Source: Azolla caroliniana (lineage: Eukaryota > Plantae > Polypodiophyta). Taken from it: a DNA stretch of 64,000 nucleotides. The translations under genes were made by a program, and so were the position numbers. The stretch covers positions 14,446,001 to 14,510,000 of the forward strand of contig JBHGNT010000002.1 in the NCBI GenBank assembly GCA_043228905.1, read 5' to 3'. Positions 10,759 to 23,326 of this stretch are shown in pieces (position 1 is the first letter of the stretch; the number at the start of each line of letters is the position of its first letter). The notes beneath the pieces were generated by a model that saw only the letters and a list, made by a program, of their open reading frames with translations, made no database searches and was not told where the DNA came from.

Positions 10759-13700
10759 CCTTCGCTGCCTCTGATGTTGATATGTGCTCAACCTCTGTGG
10801 TAGACAGGGCTGCACACTCTTGAAGCTTCGATCTCCATGATATGGCACTACCGCCATAGGTGAAAAGATAGTTTGATGTTGACTTCCAATTATTCATAAT
10901 TCCGGCATAGTCGGAGTCGGTATAACCTTTGACTTCGGTCGGATTGGCTGATCCAAACATCAGTTATGCATTCTTGGTTCCTCTCATATACATAATGATG
11001 TCCTTGACGGCCTCCCAATGCTTCCATCTTGGGTTCAACATGTATCGGCGGATGAACCCTACGGCATAGGCAAGGTCAGCTCAGGTCGCCACCATTGCAT
11101 ACATGATAGTTCCTCTAGCCGATGCATAGGTTATCTTTCCATTGAGCTTTCTCTCCTCATTTGTTGAAGGAGAGTCTCTATCCGATAGTCTGATAGACAT
11201 TGGTAGCAGAGTTGATGTTCGCTTCGCGTTCTCCATGTAGAAGTGATTCAACACCTTATGAATGTAGTCAGACTGGGAGAGTCAGAGGGTCTTTGTCTTC
11301 CGATTTCATTTGATCCTCATGCCCTGTTTGTGTCGAGCTTGTCTGTGTTCCTTCATCGCAAATTTGTTGTGAAAGCTCTGCCTTAGTTCTCTGATCTCTG
11401 CTCGATTTCTCCCTACAATGAGCACATCGTCGACGTATAGGATCAAATAGATCCCGGACTCGTCAGCCAATTGCCGAATATACATACATGGGTCGGAGTC
11501 GGACCAGAGATAGCCACACTACCGAATGTAGGTATCGAATTTTTGATACCACATCCTTGGCACTTGTTTTAAGCCATAAAGGTTTTTCTTCAGCTGACAT
11601 AGGAGATGACCTTCCTCCCCCGTCGTCTTGACGTCCAACTACTCGAGCTCTAGGTCTTCAATCACCACGACCCCAAGTAGGAGTCGAAGGGTGGTCATCT
11701 TGACTACTAGTGAGAATATCTCATCGTAGTCGAACCCATGTTCTTGTTTGAATTCCTTTGCAATAAGCCTAACTTTTTATTTGTGCTTCTCTAAATCAAA
11801 TACATATTTGTATCAGAAGACCCATTTGCAAACCAGTGGCATCCTTCCAACTAGTAATTTGACTCGCTCCCATGTTTGATTCTGATGAATCGAGTTCATC
11901 TCGGATTTCATGGCTTGTAGTCATGTGTCGTTATCTATGGCGACTATAGCTTCCTCATAAGAGCTTGGTTCTCTTGTGTGCATGTAATTGACGTAGTCGA
12001 GATCCAGTTTATAGAACTCTGTCGGTCTTCGAACTCGTCCGGATCTCTTGGGTGCCGACTTGGTCAATTCAGATCCTTTGATCATTTCTTTCGGCTAATC
12101 GATACTTCTTGAACCATCTTCCAGAGTCATGTAGGATGACTCGCCCCTTAATCATGTGGGATGACTCGCCCCTTAAATAGGATTTTGGCAATATAGAATC
12201 ATCCTCCCCTTCTTCGAGATCAATTGTTAGAGGGATTGGTGCTTTGGCAGGTTCAACTCGGCTTTTTGGCACCTTAGCCTATATTGGGTGATTTGGTCGT
12301 TTCAACTCTATATATTTATCCTCTTGAAAATCTCTTAGTCGAATCGAATTCGACTAGTGAACCTCTTGTCAATGAGGATTCGACTGGGGGTTCGTTGGCT
12401 TAGTTGTCCTTAATTGTTTGTCGAATCACCAATTCGGCCTAGTGGGTTGGTCCTTCTACGACATCTCGACCTATGTAGAAGGAGACCTTTTTGCCGACCC
12501 TTGGTTGGTTTCATTTAGAGAGAATCGGGTCTTCATTGAAGATTACATCACTACTCCGGATCAATTTATGGTTCTCTAGGTACCATAGGCGATAGCCGAA
12601 ATCCCCATCGATTCCATAACCGAGAAATATACACGTAAGTGCATGGAGTGCCAACTTGATCCTTTTATCCCTAGGGATGAATGCATAGGCTTCGCATCTA
12701 AATATACAGAGCCTGTCTTAGTTCAACTGTTTGCCTGACCATAGTTCTTGTGGCACTTCGATCCATATTGCTCTCGACGGCGACAGATTGATCATGTATA
12801 CTACTGTTTGCATTGCTTCGGCCTAGAATTCTAGCTTCAGTCTAGATTGTTGGAGCATTTTCGTCACTCTCTCTTGGATCGTTCAGTTGATCCATTCCAC
12901 CACATCATTTTGCATGGGAGTATAAGGAACAGTCTTTTGATGTCAAATCCCTTTGTCGGACAGGTACTATTTGAAGGCTTAGGAGGTGTACTCACCTCCA
13001 TTGTCAAATCGAAATGTCTTTACTCGGTATCCTAACCGGTTCTCCACTTCTACTACGTAGTGAGCGAAGACCTCGAGCACTTCATCTTTTGACCTAATTG
13101 AATATGCCCAGACTTTCCAAGTATAGTCATCTACAAATGTGATGAAGTACAGGGATCCTCCTAGTGACCTTTCAGGTATCAGCCCACATATGTTTGTGTG
13201 AACCAGTTCTAGGGGTTGTCGTACCGTCTCGTAGTAGAGAGAGTGCGAACTTCGGGCCTATTTCCCATAACGACAATGCTCGTAGAAGTTTGTCTTTGAT
13301 TGGAGCTTCCGGATGTAGTCGACTGTCATTAGTCAGTCCAATCCGACTTGAGACATGTGGCCGAGTCGGCCATGCCATAGGTTCAAGTTAGTCAATTTGG
13401 CTACGTTCACTGTACCCTCTGAATTGATCGCCATTAATGGATACAAGTTGTTGAACTTGCATCCGTTTCCAATTTTCATGTTTCCTCGGTTGATCATCCA
13501 TGGTGACTGATTGAGAGTCGTTTAGTCCCCAACTTCGATTACCATGCTAACGGAGATCAGATTCCTCTTTACCTCAGCTACATGCCGAACATGGTGTATG
13601 ACAATTGTATTGTCATTCGACAATCAAATTGGTACTTCGTCAATTCCGGCAATTTTGCATTCCTGCCCATTGCTGAGTCGGACAGTGTTGTCAGCTCCGA

Positions 13701-14455
13701 CTGAATAGTTCGAAAACCATTCAATATTTGGGTTCATGTGAAATGTGACACTGGAGTTCAGTAGCCACGTTCGTGTGTCTTGCACATTTTAGAGGACTTC
13801 TTTGATCATCGAGTCCTCTAGAGAGAGGATTTCTCCTGATCGGGAGTCGGTAACATTGATTTGGTTGCGATTGGAGAGTGGTTCGAGTCAGAATGTTATG
13901 TATTTCGCTCGAATCATCAACCGCTCTCCTTTCTTTTAATCAACGAACAATCAAAAACATTGTGACCAGTTTTTTTGGAGTGGGTGCAGAAATCACTTGA
14001 TCTACTATTCCTCGACTTCGACCGTTGTCAGTCTCCCCTCTTTCTTCGTCGATCGTTGTTTCAACTAGTTCTTTCGACTTGTTCTCTCAATCGATTGAAT
14101 CGTTCGATCGACTAGGTCGAACGGTGGGCTTCTACTGACTCATCGATGGTGACCCCATCGATTTTCGCTGAATGTCCTCGATGAGGACTTGTCTGATCAT
14201 CCCATCTAGATTTAGATTCAGACAGTTGTTGGCCAAAGCCATGCAGAATACCTCCCAACTCATCGGCAAGCTCAAAAGGAGGGCAAGGGCTTTAACTTAT
14301 TCTTCAAAGTTAATCCCTTGGGAGGAGAGTTCAGATAACACCCGACTAAAGGTGTTGATGTGGGAGGTTGTTGGATCCGTCTCTCTCATCTTCATGTTGA
14401 ATAACTGTCGAATTAGTATCAACTTTGATGAGGATTTCTTCTTGTACACTACCTG
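10759..14455 (-). mobile_element. Decayed Copia element C (gag-PR-INT-RT-RNaseH), same family as B; host of B
   Basis: RNaseH GYTDSDYAG..AISWRSKLQ..ALSTTE at 10760-10960; RT LILYVDDVLIVG; integrase and gag similar to 8.0-9.3 kb; 5' end truncated. Confidence 0.85.
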
Positions 14456-15144
14456 TATCATAGTTGCACCTCAAGACCAAGCTGCTTTACGAAGATCGCC
14501 AAAACTACGAAACGGATTAACATGGACAGAATCATAGGTGAAGGGAAGGACTAGGACATTCATGATATGTGGCAAACTAGAAATCAACTAACAAAAGCTT
14601 AAGACTAGCAAATGGGAACCACCCAACTTTGGTTTCCTAAGAAGCATTATCTAGTGCATAATCAAACTAAACCAAGGCAGGCTATAGATAAAAAAACACA
14701 ACTCATGCAAGTTGCAAGCCAAATCATGTCGTCAAAACCTTTACGTGTAGCTTAAAAGTGGGCTATAAGTGAAACAAATGTCACATCCCTTGTTCAGGTC
14801 ATTAACACACCTACATCACCACCACCACAACAAAATGTCCACAAAATCACCAAGGCTGAGAAACCCCGAGGTAGCCCATCGTGGTAACTTTACCAGCTCT
14901 ATGACTTAAAGGGCTCTTGTGTGGGCAAATATTTGAAGACATTGCAGTGAATTTGTACATGCGCACAAGATATATGTACAATATCAAGTATATTCTAAAT
15001 ATATATGAGCTAACACCACTAGTTTGTGAATGGCAAATATCATAGAAATTTCAGCATGATGGTACCAGAAAGAAGCCTAATTCATAGAAGTTACATGAAA
15101 GTGCAAAAAACATTCCCTTATCTTTGATTGACTCGAAATAGTCT

Positions 15145-17365
15145 TTATATTACATCAGTGGCATGCGCCACTTCATGGTACAACAAAAATAAGGTTTTGA
15201 CGGCTACCCTGACATCTTCAACTACATATCTCTTCTCCATGCTCGTTGATGCTGGTTCTACACCGGCGAAAAGGAGGTCACATGCCCACGAATAAATGAA
15301 CTCTAGAAATAGGTTAATTTGAGACAAGAGATCTGAGAATGGCTTTGCAACGGATGAAAACTTCTCTTTTCTCTCCTCAACTCTATCGACGAACATCTGT
15401 TCTAGCACATGCAGCTGACCAAATATGCAAATGAAGTAAACATTAACGTGTTAGATGCCTATGTCATCGACATGTAAATAAAGAAGAATGAGCATAAATT
15501 AAGACCTACTGATGGTGGTCGCCATGGTGCCAAAGCTTTGCCATCAATCCTAGCTTGTTTTTGAGCAGTTATAGCTTTTAACACTGACATCTGCAAAATC
15601 ATCACCCCTCTTTGTTAATGTTTGACTTAAAAATCACCAAGTTCATCCATACATGTAAATAGGCATATGAATAATCATATCCTTGATACATATCGGTTGA
15701 CCACACCTTAAGTTCAAGAAGCTCATGTTGCTTCGATAAAAAGCTTTCCACATTCGCAAGCATTTCTCCAATTTTGAATTTATCTTTGCCTTTCCTGGTG
15801 AGCCAAGCATCGAAATCTAGAGCAAAGGGTAAATTCAGCATATGTAACATGTTGTTCGAAAAGCGCCCGAGACAGCTCATTTTTCCTTCACTAATGATTG
15901 AAGGGGATAATGAACGGATTGTATTACATATCGGATATGCACATCGATCCATGTCACATGCTAGAGCCTCAGCACAATGCAATGCCACTAGTTGCTCTTG
16001 GCAACGCTGCAGCGCAGCATCATTATCCTCAGGGATGCAATAGAACAAATCACTAGAGCCACCACAAGTACTGCAAACAATACTTGATCCATCCTCACTC
16101 CTGGGAATCAACTGTTACTGACGTTAGCACAATCAAATTATACATGGGAAACATATCGAAGGAATTTTGGTCACGGGGCTACATTATGATGGCCTTCTTT
16201 TCCGTGGACATGTTTTTTATCGAGAGGGCACACCATCCTCGTTAGTACACCCTCACATAGCACAAATGGCAAATTAGGTAAATGTCCGTCATCATGTTTG
16301 ACAGATTCTTTATGGTTGACTTGTTCTCTGTTTCCACAAGGAATATCGCTATGTGCCTCACCAAGCACCTGAGAAAGTATTAAACCACACCTTCCATTTT
16401 TCATCTCATAATACTAAATGCAATATTCGCAATTGCACCAAAGTCTCCCTATGTTATTTTATCCTGTATACTATCCACAATACTAAAAAAACTTAGTTAT
16501 TTAATGCCGATTGGACTTAATTAGGACTGAATAATGTAGTTAAGCATACCATTGTGATAACAGTGTCTTTGTGGTATCTATGATTTTATGAATGTATAAA
16601 TTTGGATGTCAATGGACCTGTTTGATTTTGCGATGATGGAAATAAGTTGCCATAGTACAAGCTGGGCGACCAATATACGCAATGAGAACCCGCCTTACCT
16701 AACCATGGGGTAGGACCAAGAGGTACTATTAATGACACATGACTAGTTAAGGAAAAAGTTATGGAATTGCGGTAAATATATAAAAATGATGTGGTGACAT
16801 GCAGGGGAATACATAAAACAATATTTGAAATTTCCGCCAAAATGCACAGTACAATGTGTTCCATTTCAGCAATAATACAAATATGTGGCGTTTCTGCACA
16901 TATTTAATGAGAAAAATGCAGTAAGGAAACTACAGGGAATGCTGAAAAATAGCTAAAAATGGGTGATGTTGCTACAGATATGGGTAAAATAAAAATGCTA
17001 ATTGTTCTTCAAATTATATTGAATGGATGGATGGATAGGAAGTGAGTATGTACCATTAGGGATGGCAGAGCAGAGGCAGGTGGGACATCAAGAATCTTGC
17101 GTTGTTGGTCTTGAAGAGGATTCTTTAATTTGCAATTCTGACATTCTTTCCTGAGAACGTTGTGAGAAACAAAAACCTTAGTATAAAAATAAATAAATAA
17201 AACCTAAAAAGAAAGAAAAGAGGAAGAGAATGAGAGACAGAATTAGGATCTTATACTTACCACGATGACGACGATGAAGCGGGAGAGGAGTAAGAAGAAA
17301 AAATGCGGGCACAGACAAGGCAAGGAGTGACGCGTCTGTTGCAAGAAGAACAGAGGAGAGAGGTC
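15145..17365 (-). CDS. Multi-exon gene of unknown function (Cys/His-rich region); start not defined
   Basis: GT-AG-bounded phase-0 exons 16111-15707, 15590-15510 and 15414-15145 splice into one stop-free frame of about 250 codons ending TAA. Further candidate exons start at 16368 and span 17150-17054, and one ends at 17261 (GTAAGT donor). Confidence 0.6.
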
Positions 17366-17510
17366 GTGGAAGGAGCTCTCTGGCTGTACATCTCTTGAAT
17401 CTCTTGTGTAACAAGGAAGGCTTAGTACATACACACATATACGTACATATGTTTGTATCAAAAATTGTATGTATTATGGAAACGAATAAAAAGCCTTCAA
17501 AAGGAAGGAT

Positions 17511-17543
17511 CGAATGAATGAATGAATGAATGAATGAATGAAT
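17511..17543. repeat. (GAAT)n microsatellite
   Basis: Direct reading of the sequence. Confidence 0.9.
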
Positions 17544-19017
17544 GTATAAGGTACCGTGTTTGTTTACCTGAGTTAAAAGAATGCATGGAGTCATTCCACT
17601 CCACACTTCGGAGTTTCTTGAATGCAATTTGGTTGATATCCAATGAATCCACTCTCACATACATATATCCAATGAATCCAAGCCCAAGAAGAAAGCCTCA
17701 CTATGTCTCTTCTCGCATGATTTTCTTTGCACCAATACTCAAAATAGGAGGTTTGCAAACTTTGCAAATCACAATAGAGCTTGATGCTTAAAATGGCTGA
17801 CATACTAATAGATAATGAACAACAATCACCAAGCTTAGTAATTTCAGCCAACGATCCTTGGATATGGTAAAGTGCCAACTATCTATCCCACTCATTTGAA
17901 CAATAAGAAGAGGGGTACCCATTTACGCTAACCAACTCTTGTATAAGGGTAAACAAAAGGCTTTCCAAGGTTAAGCCTTCACCATATCTTTTCACTTGTA
18001 TCCATATTTGCTCACTTAAGAGCACATTGGGACATGGCTCTCTTTTATAATCATGCTTGAAATGCTTTGCAAAACAGAAAGTTATGTTTGTTGTCTTATT
18101 TGATTATCTCATCCATGCATCGGATATGCAATATTCATGTTGTTTGCAATTTGCAATGGTACCAAAACCTCAATTAACCTTTGCATTTTGAAGAAATTAC
18201 ATCTTATTGAAGTAGCAATTAAGGTTTGCATTTTGTAGAAATTACATCTTATTAAACAAGGTTGTGAGAGTGTTAGTCATTTGGATGGGGCTTGTAATTT
18301 TGATTAATAGGAGAGGTAATTTAGACTACATAAACTCCAAGAGTCAAGAAGAACACAGGGCATTAAAAAGGAAGGGTCTTTTAAGACTTGGAAATTTAGT
18401 TGTTAAATATTTCCGTTAATCACAATTATCATGAGGTCAATTAATGTAGAACTCATTCATGGGTCATTTTGGAATTTGATGTAGAAAAAAGTGTTTCCCC
18501 ATGACAACAATCCTTCGTGTGGCCTTCCCTTCTGCTTAGAAAGGGAGTCAGTTCATTTTAATCACGCGTAGAAAAGAAGTTGATGACGTCACATTATGTC
18601 TCTTCTCTTACTTGTGTTTAGTGTAATCAAGTAATAGTTGTAAAGTTGTTCTAAATTCCCCTCAAATAACAAGTACTTCAATGGTACAAATGATTCCTCC
18701 TAGGCCACTAGAAAATAATCACGAAAATAATCAAGAAGGTGTCAACCGTTTCAAATCGTTTGGACCAAAGAGTGCTAAGTTAATAAAGGCTCAAACTAAA
18801 CTAAATAGAACACTTGAGCTCCCAAACCTAACTGTTTACAAACACTTGAACTTAAACTAAACCAAACCAAACTATTTTACCTATTAAGTTAAGTCGTGGT
18901 TTCTTGGTTTGGTTTAGGTCAAACCAAATCGTTGGTGATTGCTAACTATAATTTATCCCATGGTAGGTTTTGATCGGAATCTCGATAAGACTTTATCACT
19001 TATATGAGATGAAGATT

Positions 19018-20097
19018 ATGTTGTGCAGAATTATTCAAAGAAAACAACAAGATACACAATTAAAATTATGCACGAGACACCACAAAATTTTAATGGGGAA
19101 AACCCTCATGGTGGTAAAAACAAAAGAACCTAGTCCATAAATAGTTCATTATCAATGTAAAAACTAGTACACAAAAGTGCTACTATAAACAAGTTAGAGT
19201 ACTATGTAAAAGGAATGTAAAATTTCCTCTAGCAACTAAAACCAGCTAACAAGACACAAAAACAACCACCAAAGACTCGCACTACGTGGTTGGTGACCGT
19301 GGCGGTGATGTCTGAAATGTTGGTGTTCAATCTATACACAAGAGCGATTATAGAGCAAGCGAAGAAGGAGAGTATAAGGTCTCCAAAAATTGTTTCTCTT
19401 TCAAGAATAGAAAAATGCCTATTTTCCCCTTTATCTCACTTTCAAAAGAGAGCATAAGTTAGTTGATTCAAACCCAATTCCGAAATAAACCTTTTCATCC
19501 AAAGCATCTCTTTGCCAAATTTAGTGGCTGCAATATATTTTGCTTCTGTAGTAAACAAAGCAACACAATTTTGCAACTTAGATTGCCATGATACATCCCC
19601 CCTACAATAGTAAATAGGTAAGCGAAAGTAGATTTTCTCCCATCAAGATACACTGCCATGTTTGCATCTGAAAATCCATCAAGAATTGGTTTAGAATCTC
19701 CAAAACATAAACATAGTTTGGATGTACCTCTTAAATATCTAAAGATTCATTTTAAGATATCCGAACGAGACTACCTAGGATTGGAGAAATATCTAGTTAC
19801 AACATTAATGACATGGGCAATATCCAGTCTTGTACTAACCATAACATACATCAAGGAACGAATTGCTGAAGAATAAGGAATTGAAGACGTCTTTTCTTTT
19901 TGTGAATAGTCTTTTCGACATAATTTGAAAGGACTAGCAAGAGGGGTACTTACCGGTTTTGCATGTTGCATATTAAATTTCTCTAGTATTTTTCTTGAGA
20001 AAGCCACAAATTTCCACATTCCCTATATGAGTAAATTTCATGCCTAAAATATGTTTAGCATGGCCTAAATCTTTCATGTCAAAGGACTTAGATAGGT
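19018..20097 (-). mobile_element. Old, AT-drifted Copia remnant D (RT end, RNaseH, probable 3' LTR); host of the Tat-like element
   Basis: FDMKDLG, KILEKFNMQHAKPVSTPLA, IPYSSAI.SLMY.MV.TR.DIAH, SWQSKLQ motifs; left boundary approximate. Confidence 0.75.
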
Positions 20098-20600
20098 TGT
20101 TACCCGACCAGCAAAGGAGCAGAGACTAGAATGTGAAAGGGATGGTTATTCAGAATATATTTAATTAAGTAGATTAGATTATAATTATGTAGTGAACGGA
20201 CGGACCGGAATCGGTATGCCGATCCGGATCCGGACCGATTCCGAATAGGTGCCGGTTGGCACCGTTTTGTACGCAGCACCGGTGACCTATTTAAAGGCCC
20301 GGTTACAATGTATAACTTTAACGGAGAATTAATATAAGCTTCTTGATTTATCTTCACATATTGATTACCGTTCTGAATTAATTGTTATATCTTACGCGTG
20401 TATTAAGTGTATGCCTTATTGCTAAGTAGCTAATTAAGTCGAAGTAAGCATTGTGTCTTAAGTTATCTCGCCGTAACACCCCTTTGGTGAAGTGTCTTCC
20501 GGAGACACCCTGTGTTAGGCCATTGTCCGGCCCTAAGGATTAACACAGTTTTTGGCGACCACGATTCCTGCACAATCGCAGTGAACAACGGCGGGAATGG

Positions 20601-22943
20601 ATGACGCGACTAACAAACGACCCGGTTATGGAGCGAGCAAGGCGACTTGCTGAACGGCTGAGGAAGCGAGAGGCTTTCCAGCAAGTGGCAGAAGAAATCA
20701 GAGCGGATCGCTCATTTTCGAAAGTGATCCGGAGAGTGGCCAAGGAATCACTTCGGCTACCACAAAACGCCTACCCGGACGAAGGAAGCAGCCTAAGCAG
20801 CCTCCGAGAAGCAGAATCCCTTCTCCAGGCATTGGCAAGAATCCGAAGCATTCTCTGCATTTGAATCAGGTTCGGACGGGGAATACAACGTGCAGGCGAA
20901 CTACCGCAGCAGTAACGAAACCCCAGGCGGACCAGGGGACGAGGAGTCGGATACTTTGCAGACACCAGAACCCGAATCGACAAGGCTGGAAACTCCGGTA
21001 CCAGAAGTCGACGATGAGAGACCTCCGACACCGGAAGTCGAGGAGGAGAAGCCTCCGACACCACAAGAGGAGCAGGAAAGACCTCTGACGGCGACAGAAG
21101 ACCGGGGAAAACCTCCAACACCACCAGAAGAGGAATGACCACCGACACCACCAGCTCGTGTACCAACACCGGATGACGATATTCCGTTCCAATATCCCAA
21201 ATACCGGGATGATCCGGACGCGGAAGCCCACGTCCATGCGCTCCAGCAAACCTGGGAAGCGAACCATGTGTCCCAACGCTTAAATGCAGCCGAAGAGGAA
21301 CGCTCAAAACGGGCAGAGTTCAGCATGACCTTGGAGGGACCGACCGCCAGATGGCACCGAACACAAGATCCCAACACCATCCCCACGTTTGAAACATTAA
21401 AGACAAAATTCTTGCATTTCTTCCACAAGGAGATGGACCAACAGGAAATGGTCGGGTTATTTTACAGTATCTGACAGGAACCAACGGAGAACATCCAACA
21501 GTTTGTCATCTGGTTCCAGCGGATACACAGTCAGTTTAGCCGGACACCACCGGAGGAAGAAACAAAGGCCATATTCTTAGCAGCACTCCGGGAACCCTTA
21601 CGGACGGTGTGCACCGTCATCGATTTCCGCACCAGCAGCATAGATCAAGTGATTGACCGAGTTCGGGAAATGGAAAACTCGAGTTCATGGCTAACCATGG
21701 GCGCACTGCAGCCTACGCTACCGACGGAAGAGGACCTCCGTTTCCGACAAGTAGTTCAATGTACGATATGCCTGAATGTCGGACATTCGGCGCTGGAATG
21801 CACCATGCGTTCCCAATGCTTGCTCTGCCACTCACGAAGTCACACAATGGAACGGTGTGAGTATAACTTGTTAAATCGACAAGCACCACCGGTCCGACAA
21901 ATTGAACCACGGAGCAACCGGGAGCAAGAAGAAGAACGCTGGCGGCGAGAGGAGCGCTACCGGCCGACACAAGATGTCTGGTATAACGATCGAAGAGACA
22001 CGTATGACCGGTATGATAGACAGGATAGGTACCGGGACTACAATGGACAATATGAAAGATATAACCGGGATCACTCCCCTGGTTACAACCACCGACGAGA
22101 CGACTATGGCAAGGATGACGACCAGCCCCGGCAAGGATACCGCACCAAAAAGAATTTCAATAAGAAACATCATTTCAACAAAAAGGGGGGTCATCCACGA
22201 GAACTGGAAAAGGGCGCTCCGAGCAACCAACCAGACCAAAACCAAGCACTTGCCCCTGGTCCGCCACCAAGCACACACACCGAATCCAGCAACGCCCGAA
22301 AGCCGTACTGCTATTATTGCTGGCAAGAGGGCCACTATAGTAATCAATGTCCGGCGAAGAGCTACGACAAGCGACCAACGGTGAACATGGTAGACGCGGA
22401 AGTCGCGGACCTACAACAAGTCACTACAAGATCAAAAGGCAAAACCATGGAGTGGGAAACTCAAGAAGCCATCCGGAAGCAGGCAACCGAATGGGTGAAG
22501 AAGGCAAATGAGCGGAATGCGGCAGAGCTCAAACAACGAAAGGAGAATGCCGAAGAACTCGCCGGCCCGGGGCAACCCGAAAACCCAACATGGCAGGCGT
22601 TACAGGAATGCCAAATCACGCTGCCATTAGACCGGCTATTGCAACTGGTACCACGGTTCACGGAAGGACTGAAGACCGGAAGGACGACAGCTGACACACC
22701 ACCGGCTCCGGCATTCTTTTCAAATCCGGAGGAAGGACCGACAGTGGTGGACACAAGCAGTCCAGCAATCACAACCATCGTGAAGGGAAAAGAGCTACCC
22801 GGCACGATTATCGATGGAGGATCCGGCGTGAACGTGATCAGCCTCCGAACGTGTAACACACTAGGAATCCAGGACTGGGAACCGTGTCCGTTTTGGCTTC
22901 GGATGGCGGACACTAGCTCAGTACGGCCGACCGGGTTAATACG
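20601..22943 (+). pseudogene. gag-protease of the Tat-like element (continues at 42289-42640)
   Basis: Retrotrans_gag-like FPKY.DDPDAEAHV..F..TLEG..ARW; three CX2CX4HX4C knuckles. The frame rejoins as GLIRDLEVTIGG after removing 22944-42288. Several stops and one frameshift. Confidence 0.85.
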
Positions 22944-23326
22944 TGTAGAAAGTAGCGTGCGGAAGCAAGTATGAAGACAAAACAGAAGGAAGAACACTCA
23001 GGTTTAATGGAGAGCTTGAGCTTACGCAGTATACGCGGGAGAGACAGAGAGAGTGAGAGAGAAGACAAAAAATATATAACAGAAGTACACAATCTCTATT
23101 CAGCACTCTATACATATGTGTGTTCAATGAACACTTTTATACAAGTCCTAGAAGGACTGACCGAAGTACTGACAGTACTTCAATGCTCATTAAGAGCTCC
23201 TACACTAACTCCCAAATATATTCCTCACGGAATATCTTTCCTAACGACCTCCCGGTTTACGCACTCGGCCTAACCGATCCGGTCCTCGGCTTCTTCAGCC
23301 GATCTGGCCGATGTTGAGCTTGTCTC

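Noticed and set aside
14456-14700. Possible LINE 3' end with an A-tail truncating Copia C
   Set aside because: No convincing RT motif or TSD could be read.
15515-15524. GTGGTCGCCA, complementary to the Tat PBS at 20553
   Set aside because: A 10-nt match inside a coding exon with no adjacent LTR; likely chance.
17590-18120. Possible decayed LINE RT fragment on the minus strand
   Set aside because: Only vague resemblance; no diagnostic QG.PLSP or YADD motif.
18790-18935. AAACC/GGTTT inverted motif cluster suggesting a MITE
   Set aside because: Could not define TIR ends or a TSD.
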